The position numbers and the translations under genes were made by a program. A stretch of DNA of 64,000 bases from an uncultured Solirubrobacterales bacterium (GTDB taxonomy: Bacteria > Actinomycetota > Thermoleophilia > Solirubrobacterales > 70-9), in NCBI GenBank assembly GCA_963782345.1, contig CAWAJF010000008.1, positions 67,946-131,945 of the forward strand, in the 5' to 3' direction. Below the pieces are notes generated by a model that did not search any database, was not told the DNA's origin, and worked only from the letters and a program-made list of their open reading frames with translations. Position 1 is the stretch's first letter. Every line of letters begins with the position of its first letter. This document shows positions 1 through 9,710 of the stretch, piece after piece.

Positions 1-66
1 CCCCCCGCTCGCCGGGTCCGTCGAAGCTCCTGAACCGACTGAGGCGCGCGTGCCTGTCGGTCACGC

Positions 67-774
67 CTAGACGGCGCCGGCCGCTTCGGCGATCGAGCTG
101 TAGGCGGCCCCGGGATCGTCGGCCCCGAATACGGCCGACCCGGCGACGAACAGGCTCGCCCCGGCGGCCGCGACGCCGCCGGCCGTCCCCGTGTCGATGC
201 CGCCGTCGACCTCGATGGTCCCGGCCCCCACCGCCTCGCTGAGACGCCCGACCTTGTCGGGGGCGTCGGCGATGAACGGCTGGCCACCCCAACCCGGGTT
301 GACCGTCATGCAGAGAAAGACGTCAGCGTCGTTCACCGATTCGCCGACGGCGGCAACCGGCGTGCCGGGGTTGATCGCGAGGCCCGCCAGGCAGCCGAGC
401 TCGCGGATCGCGTTCAGCGTTCGGTTGATGTGTGGCGTGGCCTCCGCATGGAAGGTGATGCTGTCCGCCCCGGCCTTCGCGAACTCCTCGATCTGGCGGT
501 CCGGGCTCTCGATCATCAGGTGAACGTCGATCGCCCCGCCTGCATCGTGGACGAGATCGGCGATCGAGCCCGCGACGAGGGGGCCGATCGTGATCGGCGG
601 GACGAAGTGGCCGTCCATCACGTCCACGTGGATGATCCGCGCCCCCGCGGCCATCACCTCCTCCACCTGTGCGCCGAGCCTCGAGAAGTCCGAGGCGAGG
701 ATCGACGGCACGACCCGCTTCGCTGCGAAGAGGTCGCGGCGATCCGTCGAGGCGGTATCGGTGGCGGCTTCCAA
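67..774 (-). CDS. rpe: ribulose-phosphate 3-epimerase
   Basis: ORF 67..963. The C-terminal ~225 aa carry Rpe motifs (VVPSILASDFSRLG, HVDVMDGHFVP, GADSITFH, VNPGWGGQ). The first ~60 aa of the ORF are Arg/Ala-rich and overlap the zinc-ribbon ORF, so I place the start at the in-frame TTG at 774 (CTG at 780 is also possible). Start uncertain. Confidence 0.85.
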   Translation of the reverse strand: MEAATDTASTDRRDLFAAKRVVPSILASDFSRLGAQVEEVMAAGARIIHVDVMDGHFVPPITIGPLVAGSIADLVHDAGGAIDVHLMIESPDRQIEEFAKAGADSITFHAEATPHINRTLNAIRELGCLAGLAINPGTPVAAVGESVNDADVFLCMTVNPGWGGQPFIADAPDKVGRLSEAVGAGTIEVDGGIDTGTAGGVAAAGASLFVAGSAVFGADDPGAAYSSIAEAAGAV

Positions 775-776
775 GG

Positions 777-1052
777 TCAGATCGAGCGGAGCATCGAGTG
801 GCCGCACGCCTGGCACTTCATGTCCTCGGTGCGGGTCAAGCGGCTGATCGTGCCATGCTCGCCGCAGTTCGGGCACTGTGAGACGAGCTCGAACCGCCGC
901 AGGCAGTAGACGCAGACGAATCGGCCTGGAAGCTGAGCGGGACGCAGCCATGGCTCGCCGCAACCCGGGCAGTTCGGCCGCTGGAGGGAGCCGTCGCTCG
1001 CCCCGGGGGCGCCGGCTGTCTCACCCACACCACTGTCGACTCGTTCGGCCAT
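777..1052 (-). CDS. small double zinc-ribbon protein (four CxxC pairs)
   Basis: 91-aa ORF with CPGC, CVYC, CPNC and CQAC spaced like two zinc ribbons. Its stop lies directly upstream of the likely rpe start. Family not recognised. Confidence 0.55.
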   Translation of the reverse strand: MAERVDSGVGETAGAPGASDGSLQRPNCPGCGEPWLRPAQLPGRFVCVYCLRRFELVSQCPNCGEHGTISRLTRTEDMKCQACGHSMLRSI

Positions 1053-1071
1053 GTGACGAGGGTATCGAGCG

Positions 1072-1983
1072 CTACACCGCCCTAACGGGCGGCGGGTGCC
1101 CGCGCAGGAAATCGGCCGCGCTCATGGGCTTCTTTCCGGGTGGCTGGACGAGGTCGAGCACCAGGCCGCCGTCGGCGGAGCCGAGCACGAGCTCGTCGCC
1201 GCGTGCCTCGATCGCGCCCGCCGGTGGGCCGTCCCGGACGACGCGCGCCTCGCGCACACCGAGGCGATCGCCGCCTTCCAGCTCCAGGTATGCGCCGACA
1301 TGGGGCGTCAGCGCGCGCACGATCCTCTCGAGCTCTGCCGCCGGCCGCGACGGTGCCAGGTGCCGCTCGCCGGCGGAGATCTTGTCCGCGTAGGTGGCCT
1401 CCCCGTCGTCCTGCTCCGCGAAGTCGAGTCTTCCGTTCTGGAGCTCGTCGATTGCGCGCACGAGAATCTCGCCGCCGATTTGTGCGAGCTTCGCCGAGAG
1501 CGACTCGTAGTCATCACGCGGAGAGACTGGGATCTCCTCAGCCAGGGCGACCGGGCCCGAGTCGAGCCCCTCCGTGACGCGCATGACCGTGACGCCCGTC
1601 TTCTGATCCCCGGCCATCAGCGTGCGCTCGATCGGGGCGGCCCCGCGCCAGCGAGGGACCAGCGACGGATGAACGTTGAGCATCGTCCACTCGCTCAGCA
1701 GCGGCTCCTTGATCAGCTGGCCGAAGGCGCACACGGCGACCGCCGCAGGGTTCGCCGCGCGAATCGCCTCCAGCGACTCCGCCGAGTTGACGTTGGGACT
1801 CTGATGGAGCTCGAGACCGAGCTCGCGAGCCATATCCGCCGCCGGTGGCGGGGCGAGCCTGCGCCCCCGGCCCCTGCGGCTGTCCAGCGGCGTGACGACC
1901 AGGGCCGGCCGGTGCGGGCTGTCGGCGAGGCGCCTGAGCACGATCGCCGCGAACTCCGAGGTGCCGAGGTAGGCGGTCTTCAA
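1072..1983 (-). CDS. fmt: methionyl-tRNA formyltransferase
   Basis: 303-aa ORF with the N-terminal YLGTSEFAA motif and the HPSLVPRWRGAAPI formyltransferase motif. Its start overlaps the def stop by 4 nt. Confidence 0.9.
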   Translation of the reverse strand: MKTAYLGTSEFAAIVLRRLADSPHRPALVVTPLDSRRGRGRRLAPPPAADMARELGLELHQSPNVNSAESLEAIRAANPAAVAVCAFGQLIKEPLLSEWTMLNVHPSLVPRWRGAAPIERTLMAGDQKTGVTVMRVTEGLDSGPVALAEEIPVSPRDDYESLSAKLAQIGGEILVRAIDELQNGRLDFAEQDDGEATYADKISAGERHLAPSRPAAELERIVRALTPHVGAYLELEGGDRLGVREARVVRDGPPAGAIEARGDELVLGSADGGLVLDLVQPPGKKPMSAADFLRGHPPPVRAV

Positions 1984-2642
1984 CCCTCGCTGGACCGCGC
2001 GTCGTCCGCGCCCTCGGCGTCCTCGTCGCTCTCGGGCGCGAAGGTGCCGCCCTCGCGGAGCGCCCGCAGGGCGCCGCGGCGCTGATCGCGTTCAGTGCGG
2101 TCGATCATCAGGACGCCGTCGAGGTGGTCCACCTCGTGCAGGATCACCCGTGCCTCGAGACCCGAGGCCTCGACGGAGAACGGCTCGCCGTGGACGTCGA
2201 CGCCACGTGCCCTGACGTGGAGCGGACGCTCGACGTCGACGATCACGCCGGGCAGGCTGAGGCAGCCCTCCTCCGCCATTGCCTGCTCCTGCGAGCGCCA
2301 CTCGATCTCGGGGTTGACGAGGGCGGTCGGCTCGGCCTCGGAGCCGACCTGGAAGACGAGCATGCGCCGCAGCGTGCCCAGCTGGGTGGCCGCCAGGCCG
2401 ACGCCGATCGCATCTCGCATCAGGCCGATCATCCGATCGGCCTCGGCGGCGAGCTCCTCGCCGAACTCGGTCACAGGCGAGGCGGCCGAGCGCAGCACCG
2501 GGTCGCCGAACTTGACGACCTGAGAGAGCGCCGCGGAACGGCGCTCGAGCGCCTCGGCATCGATGCCGTCGGGCTCGGCGGCCTCGGTGGCCAGCTCGTC
2601 GTCGAGCTCCTCGACCGGGCTGTGTGTGGCTTCGTCGCTCAC
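1980..2642 (-). CDS. def: peptide deformylase with acidic N-terminal extension
   Basis: ORF 1980..2960. The Def motifs GVGLAATQ, EGCLSLPG and HEVDHLDG are present. There is no ATG, GTG or TTG codon in frame between the GTG at 2642 and the conserved FGDPVLR, so I start at GTG 2642. The far-upstream part of the ORF is Arg/Pro-rich and unlikely to be coding. Confidence 0.85.
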   Translation of the reverse strand: MSDEATHSPVEELDDELATEAAEPDGIDAEALERRSAALSQVVKFGDPVLRSAASPVTEFGEELAAEADRMIGLMRDAIGVGLAATQLGTLRRMLVFQVGSEAEPTALVNPEIEWRSQEQAMAEEGCLSLPGVIVDVERPLHVRARGVDVHGEPFSVEASGLEARVILHEVDHLDGVLMIDRTERDQRRGALRALREGGTFAPESDEDAEGADDARSSEG

Positions 2643-2750
2643 GTCTTCGAGTCTAGTCCGGGCCGCTGTAGACCCGGGTGCGTCCCGCGGCACGACATCG
2701 GCAATGAAGGGCGGCGGACACGACGCATCCGGCACATCTCGGCGGCCAGG

Positions 2751-3570
2751 ATGACGGTCGTGGCCGTTCTGCGTCGAGTTCCGTCCGACAGTCGGACGAA
2801 AGCCGACGCAGACGGCGTTCGCCGGCTTGCCGAGCGCCAGCGCGGGGTCGTTAGCCGAGGGCAGCTGCTCAACCATGGCCTGAGCGCGACGATGATTGCG
2901 CGGTGGTTGCAGGCGGGACGACTTCACCGCATCCATCCACATGTCTACTGCATCGGTCACAGCGCTCTTTCATTGCGGGGCCGGCTTTGTGCGGCCCTTC
3001 TCCACGCGGGCCCGGGTGCAGCGCTCAGCCACACCACGGCCGCCTGGCTCTGCTCGCTGATCGACGCCGAGCCGAGGCGGATCCACCTGAGCGTCCCGGG
3101 CCGGCTCCATTCACTGCCGGGTGTTTGCGCTCATCACACGCGGCGGTTGGAGGCGACCGATTGCTGCGGCCTCCCGGCGACGACCGTCGCGCGGACGCTG
3201 GTGGACATCGGGACCATGCTCACCGCCAGCCAACTGCGCCGCGCCCTGGCCGAAGCTGACTGCCGCGGGCTCCTCGACATCGGCGAGATCGAGGGAGCCC
3301 TGAAACCAGGACGTCCCGGCTCCAAGGCGACGAGGGCCGCCCTTCGGAGCCACCTGCCCCAACTCGCCCAGACCCTGAGCGTCCTCGAGGAACGCTTTCT
3401 CGAGCTCTGCGAGTCCGCCGGCCTCCCGCTACCGGAGATCAACGCCAAGGTCGGCCGCATGCGGCTCGACGCCCTTTGGCGCCCCAGGGGATCGCCGTCG
3501 AGTTGGACGGCGCGTCACCACGCGACCGGATGACGTCGTGGCGGACCTTCGGCGGCTGCTCCGCGGCTGA
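2751..3570 (+). pseudogene. decayed DUF559 / AbiEi_4-like (Vsr-fold endonuclease-like) gene
   Basis: The N-terminal part (GVVSRGQLLNHGLSATMIARWLQAGRLHRIHPHVY...) and the middle (LPLPEINAKVGRMRLDALW) are in one frame. The expected continuation IAVELDG is in a second frame, and the typical C-terminal end RPDDVVADLRRLLRG-stop is in a third frame right after it. This implies frameshifts plus an internal deletion. Confidence 0.5.
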
Positions 3571-3576
3571 TTGCCC

Positions 3577-5766
3577 CTACTGCGGATCCACGTCCACGGA
3601 GATCGACACCTCGCGGAGCGCCCGGTCGCGGACGGCGGTCCGCACCGCGTCGCGAACCGCCTCGGCTGCCCGATGGCGGTGCTCGGACTTGACGAGCAGG
3701 CGCCTGCGATGCCGGCCGCGGAGCCGGAACAGCGGGGCCGGGCCGAGGAGCTCGTCGGCCGCGCCCACTCGCTCGGCGACGAGGTCGCGGACCTTCCCGG
3801 CAGAGGTCTCCACGCGATTCTCGTCCTCGCCGGCCAATCCGACCTCGATCAGGTGGGAGAAGGGCGGGTAGCGCAGGGCGCGCCGCCGCTCGATCTCCTC
3901 GGCGAGGAAGCCGGCGGCGTCGTGCGTGGAGGCGTGACGGATGCTCGGGGCGCCGGTCGCGAGGGCCTGCACGAGGACCCGGCCGCCCGCGTCCCCGCGG
4001 CCGCTGCGGCCCGCCAGCTGAGTGATCAGCGAGAAGGTCCGCTCCTCGGAGCGGAAGTCGGGCAGCCGCAGCGCGCCGTCGGCGTCGAGCACGACGCTCA
4101 GCGTGACGTCGGGGAAATCGTGCCCCTTCGCGACCATCTGGGTGCCCACCAGGACGCCGGACGCGGCGGCCTCGAAGCGGCGTAGGACATCCGCGTGCCC
4201 CGAGCCGGCCGCGCTGTCGGAGTCGAGCCGGAACACCTCCAGCGGCGCCAGCAGGTCGTTGAGCTCGGCCTCGACCCGCTGGGTTCCCGAGCCGACCCGT
4301 GCGATCGTCACCGATGAGCACTCCGGACAGGCCTCGGGCATGGACTCGGCGTGCCCGCAGTGATGGCAGCGCAGCGCTCCGTCGCGATGGAGGATCAGCG
4401 ACACGTCGCAGTTGGGGCACTCCCAGGCATGGCCGCACGAGCGACAGGTCAGGTGGGTCGACCAGCCGCGGCGGTTGATCAGGAGGATCGCCTTGCCCCC
4501 GTCCCTCGCGACCTCCGCGAATGCCTCGCGCGTCTTGGGATGGAGCGGGCCGGGAATGCCGCCGCGCATGTCGACGATCTCCACCGGAGGGAGCGGTCGC
4601 CCGTCGACGCGGCTCGGCAGCTCGAGGCGCTCGAGCTCGTACCAGCTCTCAGGCCGCGGGGTGGCCGTCCCGCAGAGCAGCACCGCTCCGGCCTCCGCCG
4701 CTCGGCGGCGCGCAACCTCGCGCGCGTCGTAGCGCGGATCGCTCTCCTGCTTGTACGAGGAGTCGTGCTCCTCGTCGATCACGATCAGGCCGGGGTCGAC
4801 GATCGGCGCGAAGACCGCGGAGCGCGGCCCGACGCAGATCCGCGCCTCGCCGGACCGCAGCCGTCGCCACTCGTCGTAGCGCGCCCCCGCGGGCATCTTC
4901 GAATGGAGCAACGCGACGGAATCGCCGAAGCGGCGGCGAAAACGGTCCATGGTCTGCGGGGTGAGGGCGATCTCGGGGACCAGGATGATCGCCCCCCTCC
5001 CCCGCGCAAGCGCCTCCCGCGCGGCCTCGAGATAGACCTCGGTCTTGCCCGAGCCGGTCACACCATGGAGCAGGTAGGAGAGGCTGCCCTCCGATGAGCC
5101 CTCCTCCGGCAACGACGCGACGACTCTCTTCAGCACGGCGCGCTGATCGGCCGTCAGCTCGATGCCCTCGCGCACCGCGCCAACCCCAGGCGATTCGTGG
5201 CGGCGACGGCGCTCCACCTCGCGAGTGGCCACGAGGCCGCGCGACTCCAGCCGCCTCAGGGTCGCGCGGTCCGAGCCGGCCGTCGCGGCCAGCCGGCGGG
5301 CGAGCTGCGGACCAGCGATCAGCGCGCGCAGGACCGCCTTCTGGCGCAGCCCCAGGCGCTCACCGCGCTCGATCGCCTCGATCCCCTCCGGGGTCGCTTC
5401 CAGCTCGAGCTCGACCAGCGGCCGGACGCGGCGCGCTTCGGCTCCGGTGCCGATGCCCGGCGGCAGAACGAGACCCAGCCCGCGTCCGGTTGTCGAGCAG
5501 TACTCCTCGCCGACCCAGCGGCCGAGCTCGACCAGCTCCGGCGGGACACCGGCCTCGAGCGCCTCGAGCGGCTCCGCCAGGCGGCCGTCGGGAAGATCGC
5601 TTCGGTCGGCGAGGCCGACGACGACGCCGACCACCTTGCGCCGCCCGAACGGTACGACCAGAACAGACCCGACCCCGATGTCCGACATCGCCTCGGGCAG
5701 CCGGTAGTCGAAGGGCCCGGACACGCTCCGGGTGGTGAGCAGCGGTTCGACCTTCGCGATCGCCAT
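3577..5766 (-). CDS. priA: primosomal protein N' (replication restart helicase)
   Basis: 729 aa with Walker A GVTGSGKTEVY, the IDEEHD box, and the Cys-rich zinc module CRSCGHAWECPNC...CHHCGH...CPECSS. Confidence 0.9.
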   Translation of the reverse strand: MAIAKVEPLLTTRSVSGPFDYRLPEAMSDIGVGSVLVVPFGRRKVVGVVVGLADRSDLPDGRLAEPLEALEAGVPPELVELGRWVGEEYCSTTGRGLGLVLPPGIGTGAEARRVRPLVELELEATPEGIEAIERGERLGLRQKAVLRALIAGPQLARRLAATAGSDRATLRRLESRGLVATREVERRRRHESPGVGAVREGIELTADQRAVLKRVVASLPEEGSSEGSLSYLLHGVTGSGKTEVYLEAAREALARGRGAIILVPEIALTPQTMDRFRRRFGDSVALLHSKMPAGARYDEWRRLRSGEARICVGPRSAVFAPIVDPGLIVIDEEHDSSYKQESDPRYDAREVARRRAAEAGAVLLCGTATPRPESWYELERLELPSRVDGRPLPPVEIVDMRGGIPGPLHPKTREAFAEVARDGGKAILLINRRGWSTHLTCRSCGHAWECPNCDVSLILHRDGALRCHHCGHAESMPEACPECSSVTIARVGSGTQRVEAELNDLLAPLEVFRLDSDSAAGSGHADVLRRFEAAASGVLVGTQMVAKGHDFPDVTLSVVLDADGALRLPDFRSEERTFSLITQLAGRSGRGDAGGRVLVQALATGAPSIRHASTHDAAGFLAEEIERRRALRYPPFSHLIEVGLAGEDENRVETSAGKVRDLVAERVGAADELLGPAPLFRLRGRHRRRLLVKSEHRHRAAEAVRDAVRTAVRDRALREVSISVDVDPQ

Positions 5767-5852
5767 CGCCTCACCCTAGGCACGCGCACGGACGGGCGGC
5801 ACCCTTCCGCCCCGCGGAGGGGCACAATCGCTGATCGCGATAGCCTCGCGCC

Positions 5853-6338
5853 GTGGACCTCCAGCCCGGAGAAGAGGTCATCTACCAGGGCCACCCGTCC
5901 TGGCGGGCCATCGTCGGCTTCTACCTGAAGGGGATCCTCGCCGCGGTCGTGATCGCCGTCATCGTCAAGCTCGTCGACAGCACCGGCTTGGCGCTGCTCG
6001 TTCTGGCCGTGCTGGTCGCGATCACGGTCCTCGCCGGGTTCATCAAGCGGGTGGCGACCGTCTACACGATCACCGACCGCCGCCTCAACATCAAGATCGG
6101 GATCGTCGCGCGGAAGGTCCAGGAGACCCGGCTGCAGCGGGTTCAGAACGTCAACTACAACCAGGGCGTCTACGAGCGGATCATGCAGATCGGGGACGTC
6201 GAGTTCACCACCGCGGGGACCGAGGAGTCGAACTTCATCTTCGCGGGCGTCGCCCAGCCCGAGCACGTGGTCGCGCAGGTGGAGCAGGCGACCCCGATCG
6301 TCGCCGGACTCCAGGGTGAGGCCGAACCGGCTGGCTGA
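5853..6338 (+). CDS. bacterial PH-domain (YdbS-like) membrane protein
   Basis: 161 aa with two N-terminal hydrophobic helices followed by YTITDRRLNIKIGIVARKVQETRLQRVQNV...GDVEF, typical of the bPH_2 family. Confidence 0.75.
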   Translation: MDLQPGEEVIYQGHPSWRAIVGFYLKGILAAVVIAVIVKLVDSTGLALLVLAVLVAITVLAGFIKRVATVYTITDRRLNIKIGIVARKVQETRLQRVQNVNYNQGVYERIMQIGDVEFTTAGTEESNFIFAGVAQPEHVVAQVEQATPIVAGLQGEAEPAG

Positions 6339-6347
6339 CGGCTTCGC

Positions 6348-6515
6348 CACCAGGCGCGGCCGAATCGGCCGGGCCCGCACAAGTCGCTTCGGCCTACGCC
6401 TCCGCTCCGGAAGCGACCGGCCTGTCGGCCGCACCAGGCGCGGCCGAATCGGCCGGGCCCGCACAAGTCGCTTCGGCCTACGCCTCCGCTCCGGAAGCGA
6501 CCGGCCTGTCGGCCG
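6348..6515. repeat. perfect 84-bp tandem duplication (2 copies)
   Basis: 6348..6431 and 6432..6515 are identical base for base when read from the sequence. The second copy contains the last 38 nt of metK including its stop. Confidence 0.95.
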
Positions 6516-7734
6516 CTAGGCCGGCCGCCTCACGCAGCTGCTCCGCGCGGTCCGTCCGCTCCCAGGTGAAGTCCGCGTCCTCGCGGCCGAAGTGGCCGTA
6601 GGCCGCCGTCTTCTGGAAGATCGGGCGGTGCAGGTCCAGGTACCGGCGGAAGGCCGCCGGGCGCAGGTCGAAGCTCTCCTGCACGAGATGGGCGATCTGC
6701 GCGTCGGAGATCTTGCCGGTGCCGAAGGTCTGCGCCATCACGGAGACGGGGCTCGCCACGCCGATCGCGTAGGCGACCTGGATCTCGCATCGGTCGGCGA
6801 GACCCGCGGCGACCACGTTCTTCGCCACGTAGCGGGTGGCGTACGCGGCTGAGCGGTCCACCTTCGACGGGTCCTTGCCCGAGAAGGCACCGCCGCCGTG
6901 CCGGGCGGCGCCGCCATAGGTGTCGACGATGATCTTCCGGCCGGTGAGGCCGGCGTCGCCGACGGGACCGCCGATCACGAACTTGCCGGTCGGGTTCACC
7001 AGGAAGTTCTCCAGCAGCTCCTTCTCGGTGTAGAGCTCCTTGTACTCGGTGTGCAGCACGGGCTCGAGCACGTGCTCCCAGAGGTCGTTGCGGATCATCT
7101 GCTCGCCGGCCTCCTCGCGGTGCTGCGTCGAGATCAGGACCTTCGAGATCTCGACCGGCCGGTCGTTCTCATAGCGGACGGTGACCTGGGTCTTGCCGTC
7201 GGGGCCGAGGTAGGGGACGACCTGCGCCTTGCGGACCTCGGAGAGCTGACGGGCCAGCTGATGCGCGATCTGGATCGGCATCGGCATCAGCGCCTTTGTC
7301 TCGCGGCTCGCGTAGCCGAACATCATGCCCTGGTCACCCGCGCCGGCGGAATCGAACTCGTCCGAGGACTCGCCCTCGCGCTGCTCCAGGCCCTTGTCCA
7401 CGCCCTGTGCGATGTCCGGGGACTGCTCGTCGATCGCGCTGAGGACGGCGCAGGCCTTGTGGTCGAAGCCGTAGCGCGGGTCGTCGTAGCCGATCTTGCG
7501 GATCGTCTCGCGGGCGATCGAAGGGATATCGACGTAGGTCTGCGTCGTGATCTCGCCCGAGACGACGACGAGCCCGGTGTTGACCAGGCACTCGCAGGCC
7601 ACCCTGCCGGTGGGATCGTCGGCCATCACGGCGTCGAGGACGCCATCGGAGATCTGGTCGCACACCTTGTCCGGATGGCCCTCGGTGACCGACTCGGAGG
7701 TGAACAGGTACTCGTTGTCTGAAAGCTGTTGCAT
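6478..7734 (-). CDS. metK: S-adenosylmethionine synthetase
   Basis: 418 aa with the motifs [12 protein letters not shown] and [16 protein letters not shown]. Confidence 0.95.
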   Translation of the reverse strand: MQQLSDNEYLFTSESVTEGHPDKVCDQISDGVLDAVMADDPTGRVACECLVNTGLVVVSGEITTQTYVDIPSIARETIRKIGYDDPRYGFDHKACAVLSAIDEQSPDIAQGVDKGLEQREGESSDEFDSAGAGDQGMMFGYASRETKALMPMPIQIAHQLARQLSEVRKAQVVPYLGPDGKTQVTVRYENDRPVEISKVLISTQHREEAGEQMIRNDLWEHVLEPVLHTEYKELYTEKELLENFLVNPTGKFVIGGPVGDAGLTGRKIIVDTYGGAARHGGGAFSGKDPSKVDRSAAYATRYVAKNVVAAGLADRCEIQVAYAIGVASPVSVMAQTFGTGKISDAQIAHLVQESFDLRPAAFRRYLDLHRPIFQKTAAYGHFGREDADFTWERTDRAEQLREAAGLAADRPVASGAEA

Positions 7735-7744
7735 GGTCCCTATC

Positions 7745-9700
7745 TCAGTGGTGGATGGCCAGGAAGAGCTCCGAGCGAAGCTCGTCGTCGCTACCCCTCA
7801 CGGCGAGGCCGAGAGACTGAACGCGCGAGATGTCTTCGCTGAGGGAGGCAAAAAGTGGATCCAGTCCCAGGCCGGCCTGCTGGGCCAATCCCAGGACCTC
7901 GTTGAGGTTGAGGAAGACTAGCGCCGAGACGCTGTCAGGGAGTCGATCCGTGGCCGCGTCGTACGCCCCCGTGCCGGCGAGATTGCCGCCGCTGGAGCGC
8001 ACCTGGGAGATCCCCTCGGGCTGCGTGGAGATCACCAGCTTGCCGTCGAAGATCGCATAGGAGAGGTCGACGGTCGGCGAGATCTGCACGGAATGGACGG
8101 CCACGTTGTCGATCTCCCTGGTCTGGAAGGACGGAACCTGCCGTCCGCCAGTCCCGATCGAGCGCAGAAGCGGCTGCTGGAGCGCCGCGAGCGCGTCCCC
8201 GGCCCTCTGCTCGTCCACCCCGTCGACGATCAGGCTCGCGTAGGGGACGCCGCCCGTGGGTTCCGCCACGAGCGCCGCTTGGCCCCCAAGCGCCGGCAGC
8301 AGATCCTTGAGGGGATCGACCCCTGCCTGCTGCTTGAGGCTCTGCGCCAGCGTCCTGAGCGAGCCCGCCAGTCCCTGGGCTCCGGCCCCGGCTGTTGCCA
8401 GGGCCTCGCTGAGCGCAGGTCCGAGGTCTCCGACGCCGATGTAGGCAAGCGCATCGGTCCCCGCCTCGTCGGCGAGGCCCGGCTCGAACCGCGGCAGGGA
8501 GGCGAACACTGTGGGGCTCCTCTGCTCGAGCTTCGGGTCGAGGTCGCTGACCAGGTTCACCTCGACCCCGTCGTCCCGAGCCCGCAGAGAGGCGGCCATG
8601 CCGGTGGTGGCGCCATAGTCGACGAAGGTGCCGAGCTGGGTTGCGCTCCCCGGCCTACCCGCGAGGAAGCGCTGCACTCCTGCCTGGGAGAGATAGACCT
8701 CGGCGAGACGCACGTCCGGCAGCGCGGCCCTCGCGGCGTCCTGGTCCGATCCCTCCAGCCTCGGTGCACTCCCCGACCGGGCGGCGAGCGCAGCACGTAC
8801 GGCCACCGCGCCTCCGAAGAGAGCCGCATCGCCCGAGCGGGCTGTCGCAAGCCCGGTCGGATAGACGTTGAGAGTGGCGTCGCCGACCTTTGCCTGCTTG
8901 GCCTGTCCGCCGGGTGAGAGGGCCGCCAGGAACCGATCCGCCTTGGCGCTATCCCCCACCCCGGCGATGTAGGTCTCGGCCGTCGTCCCCTTGGGCCCGG
9001 GGACGCCGAGCAACGACAGGTCGTCCTTCGCCCACGGCAGCACCTCGCGCCCCAGGTCGACCGGGCGGCCCGCCGGTGTGGCGAGCGAGCTCGTATCGCT
9101 CTGCAGCAGGGCCGCGAAGTTCGGGAGCTCGTCGTGGAGGTCGCCGGCCAGGTCCCACTGGTGGCTGTCGCTGTTCACCGTGACGTGCGCGTAGAGCAAG
9201 GCGTCCCGGGGCACGTAGGCGATCGTGTCGTTCGAGGGCGCGCACTCCCGGGCCGCCGAGATCTCACATGGAACGCCCGGGACGGGCAGGAACTTGACGA
9301 TCAGATAGAGGACGACGACGCCCGCCACGGCGAAGATCCGCATCCGGGTAGCCGGTGAGCGCTTCGACCACCAGTTTCCGCTCGCGGCTGCCGCCCGCTT
9401 CGCCAGGCGCCAGAGCGCCTGCGCCTTCTCCCTGAGCCAGTAGCCGATCGCGCGCAGGCGGGTGACCAGACGGAACCAGAGGTCGTCCGCCCTCTCCGGC
9501 ACCTTGGGCTGTGGCACCTTCGGGGCGGAGAGGCTCGGCTTGGTGAGCTTCGGTCGTGGCAGGCTGAGGCGGCCGAGGAACCGCGCGCGGCGGCGCTTCT
9601 TCCCCTCCGTGCTCTTCTCGCCGAGGGCCTTCTTGCCCTCGGAGTCGCCGACATCGTTAATCGGGTGGCTCCTCTCGGAGTCCCCTCTCCTGATCCTCAC
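7745..9700 (-). CDS. membrane-anchored protein of unknown function (possibly DUF3352-like)
   Basis: 651 aa with a Lys/Arg/Pro-rich N-terminus, one hydrophobic helix ([21 protein letters not shown]) and a large Ala/Gly/Leu-rich domain. It is spaced 10 nt from der and 10 nt from metK. The family name is from memory only. Confidence 0.6.
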   Translation of the reverse strand: MRIRRGDSERSHPINDVGDSEGKKALGEKSTEGKKRRRARFLGRLSLPRPKLTKPSLSAPKVPQPKVPERADDLWFRLVTRLRAIGYWLREKAQALWRLAKRAAAASGNWWSKRSPATRMRIFAVAGVVVLYLIVKFLPVPGVPCEISAARECAPSNDTIAYVPRDALLYAHVTVNSDSHQWDLAGDLHDELPNFAALLQSDTSSLATPAGRPVDLGREVLPWAKDDLSLLGVPGPKGTTAETYIAGVGDSAKADRFLAALSPGGQAKQAKVGDATLNVYPTGLATARSGDAALFGGAVAVRAALAARSGSAPRLEGSDQDAARAALPDVRLAEVYLSQAGVQRFLAGRPGSATQLGTFVDYGATTGMAASLRARDDGVEVNLVSDLDPKLEQRSPTVFASLPRFEPGLADEAGTDALAYIGVGDLGPALSEALATAGAGAQGLAGSLRTLAQSLKQQAGVDPLKDLLPALGGQAALVAEPTGGVPYASLIVDGVDEQRAGDALAALQQPLLRSIGTGGRQVPSFQTREIDNVAVHSVQISPTVDLSYAIFDGKLVISTQPEGISQVRSSGGNLAGTGAYDAATDRLPDSVSALVFLNLNEVLGLAQQAGLGLDPLFASLSEDISRVQSLGLAVRGSDDELRSELFLAIHH

Positions 9701-9710
9701 GAATCGCCGG

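Noticed and set aside
6348-6515. The 84-bp repeat as a CRISPR array or minisatellite.
   Set aside because: There are only two directly abutting identical copies, no spacers and no cas genes. It partly consists of metK coding sequence, so this is a simple tandem duplication.
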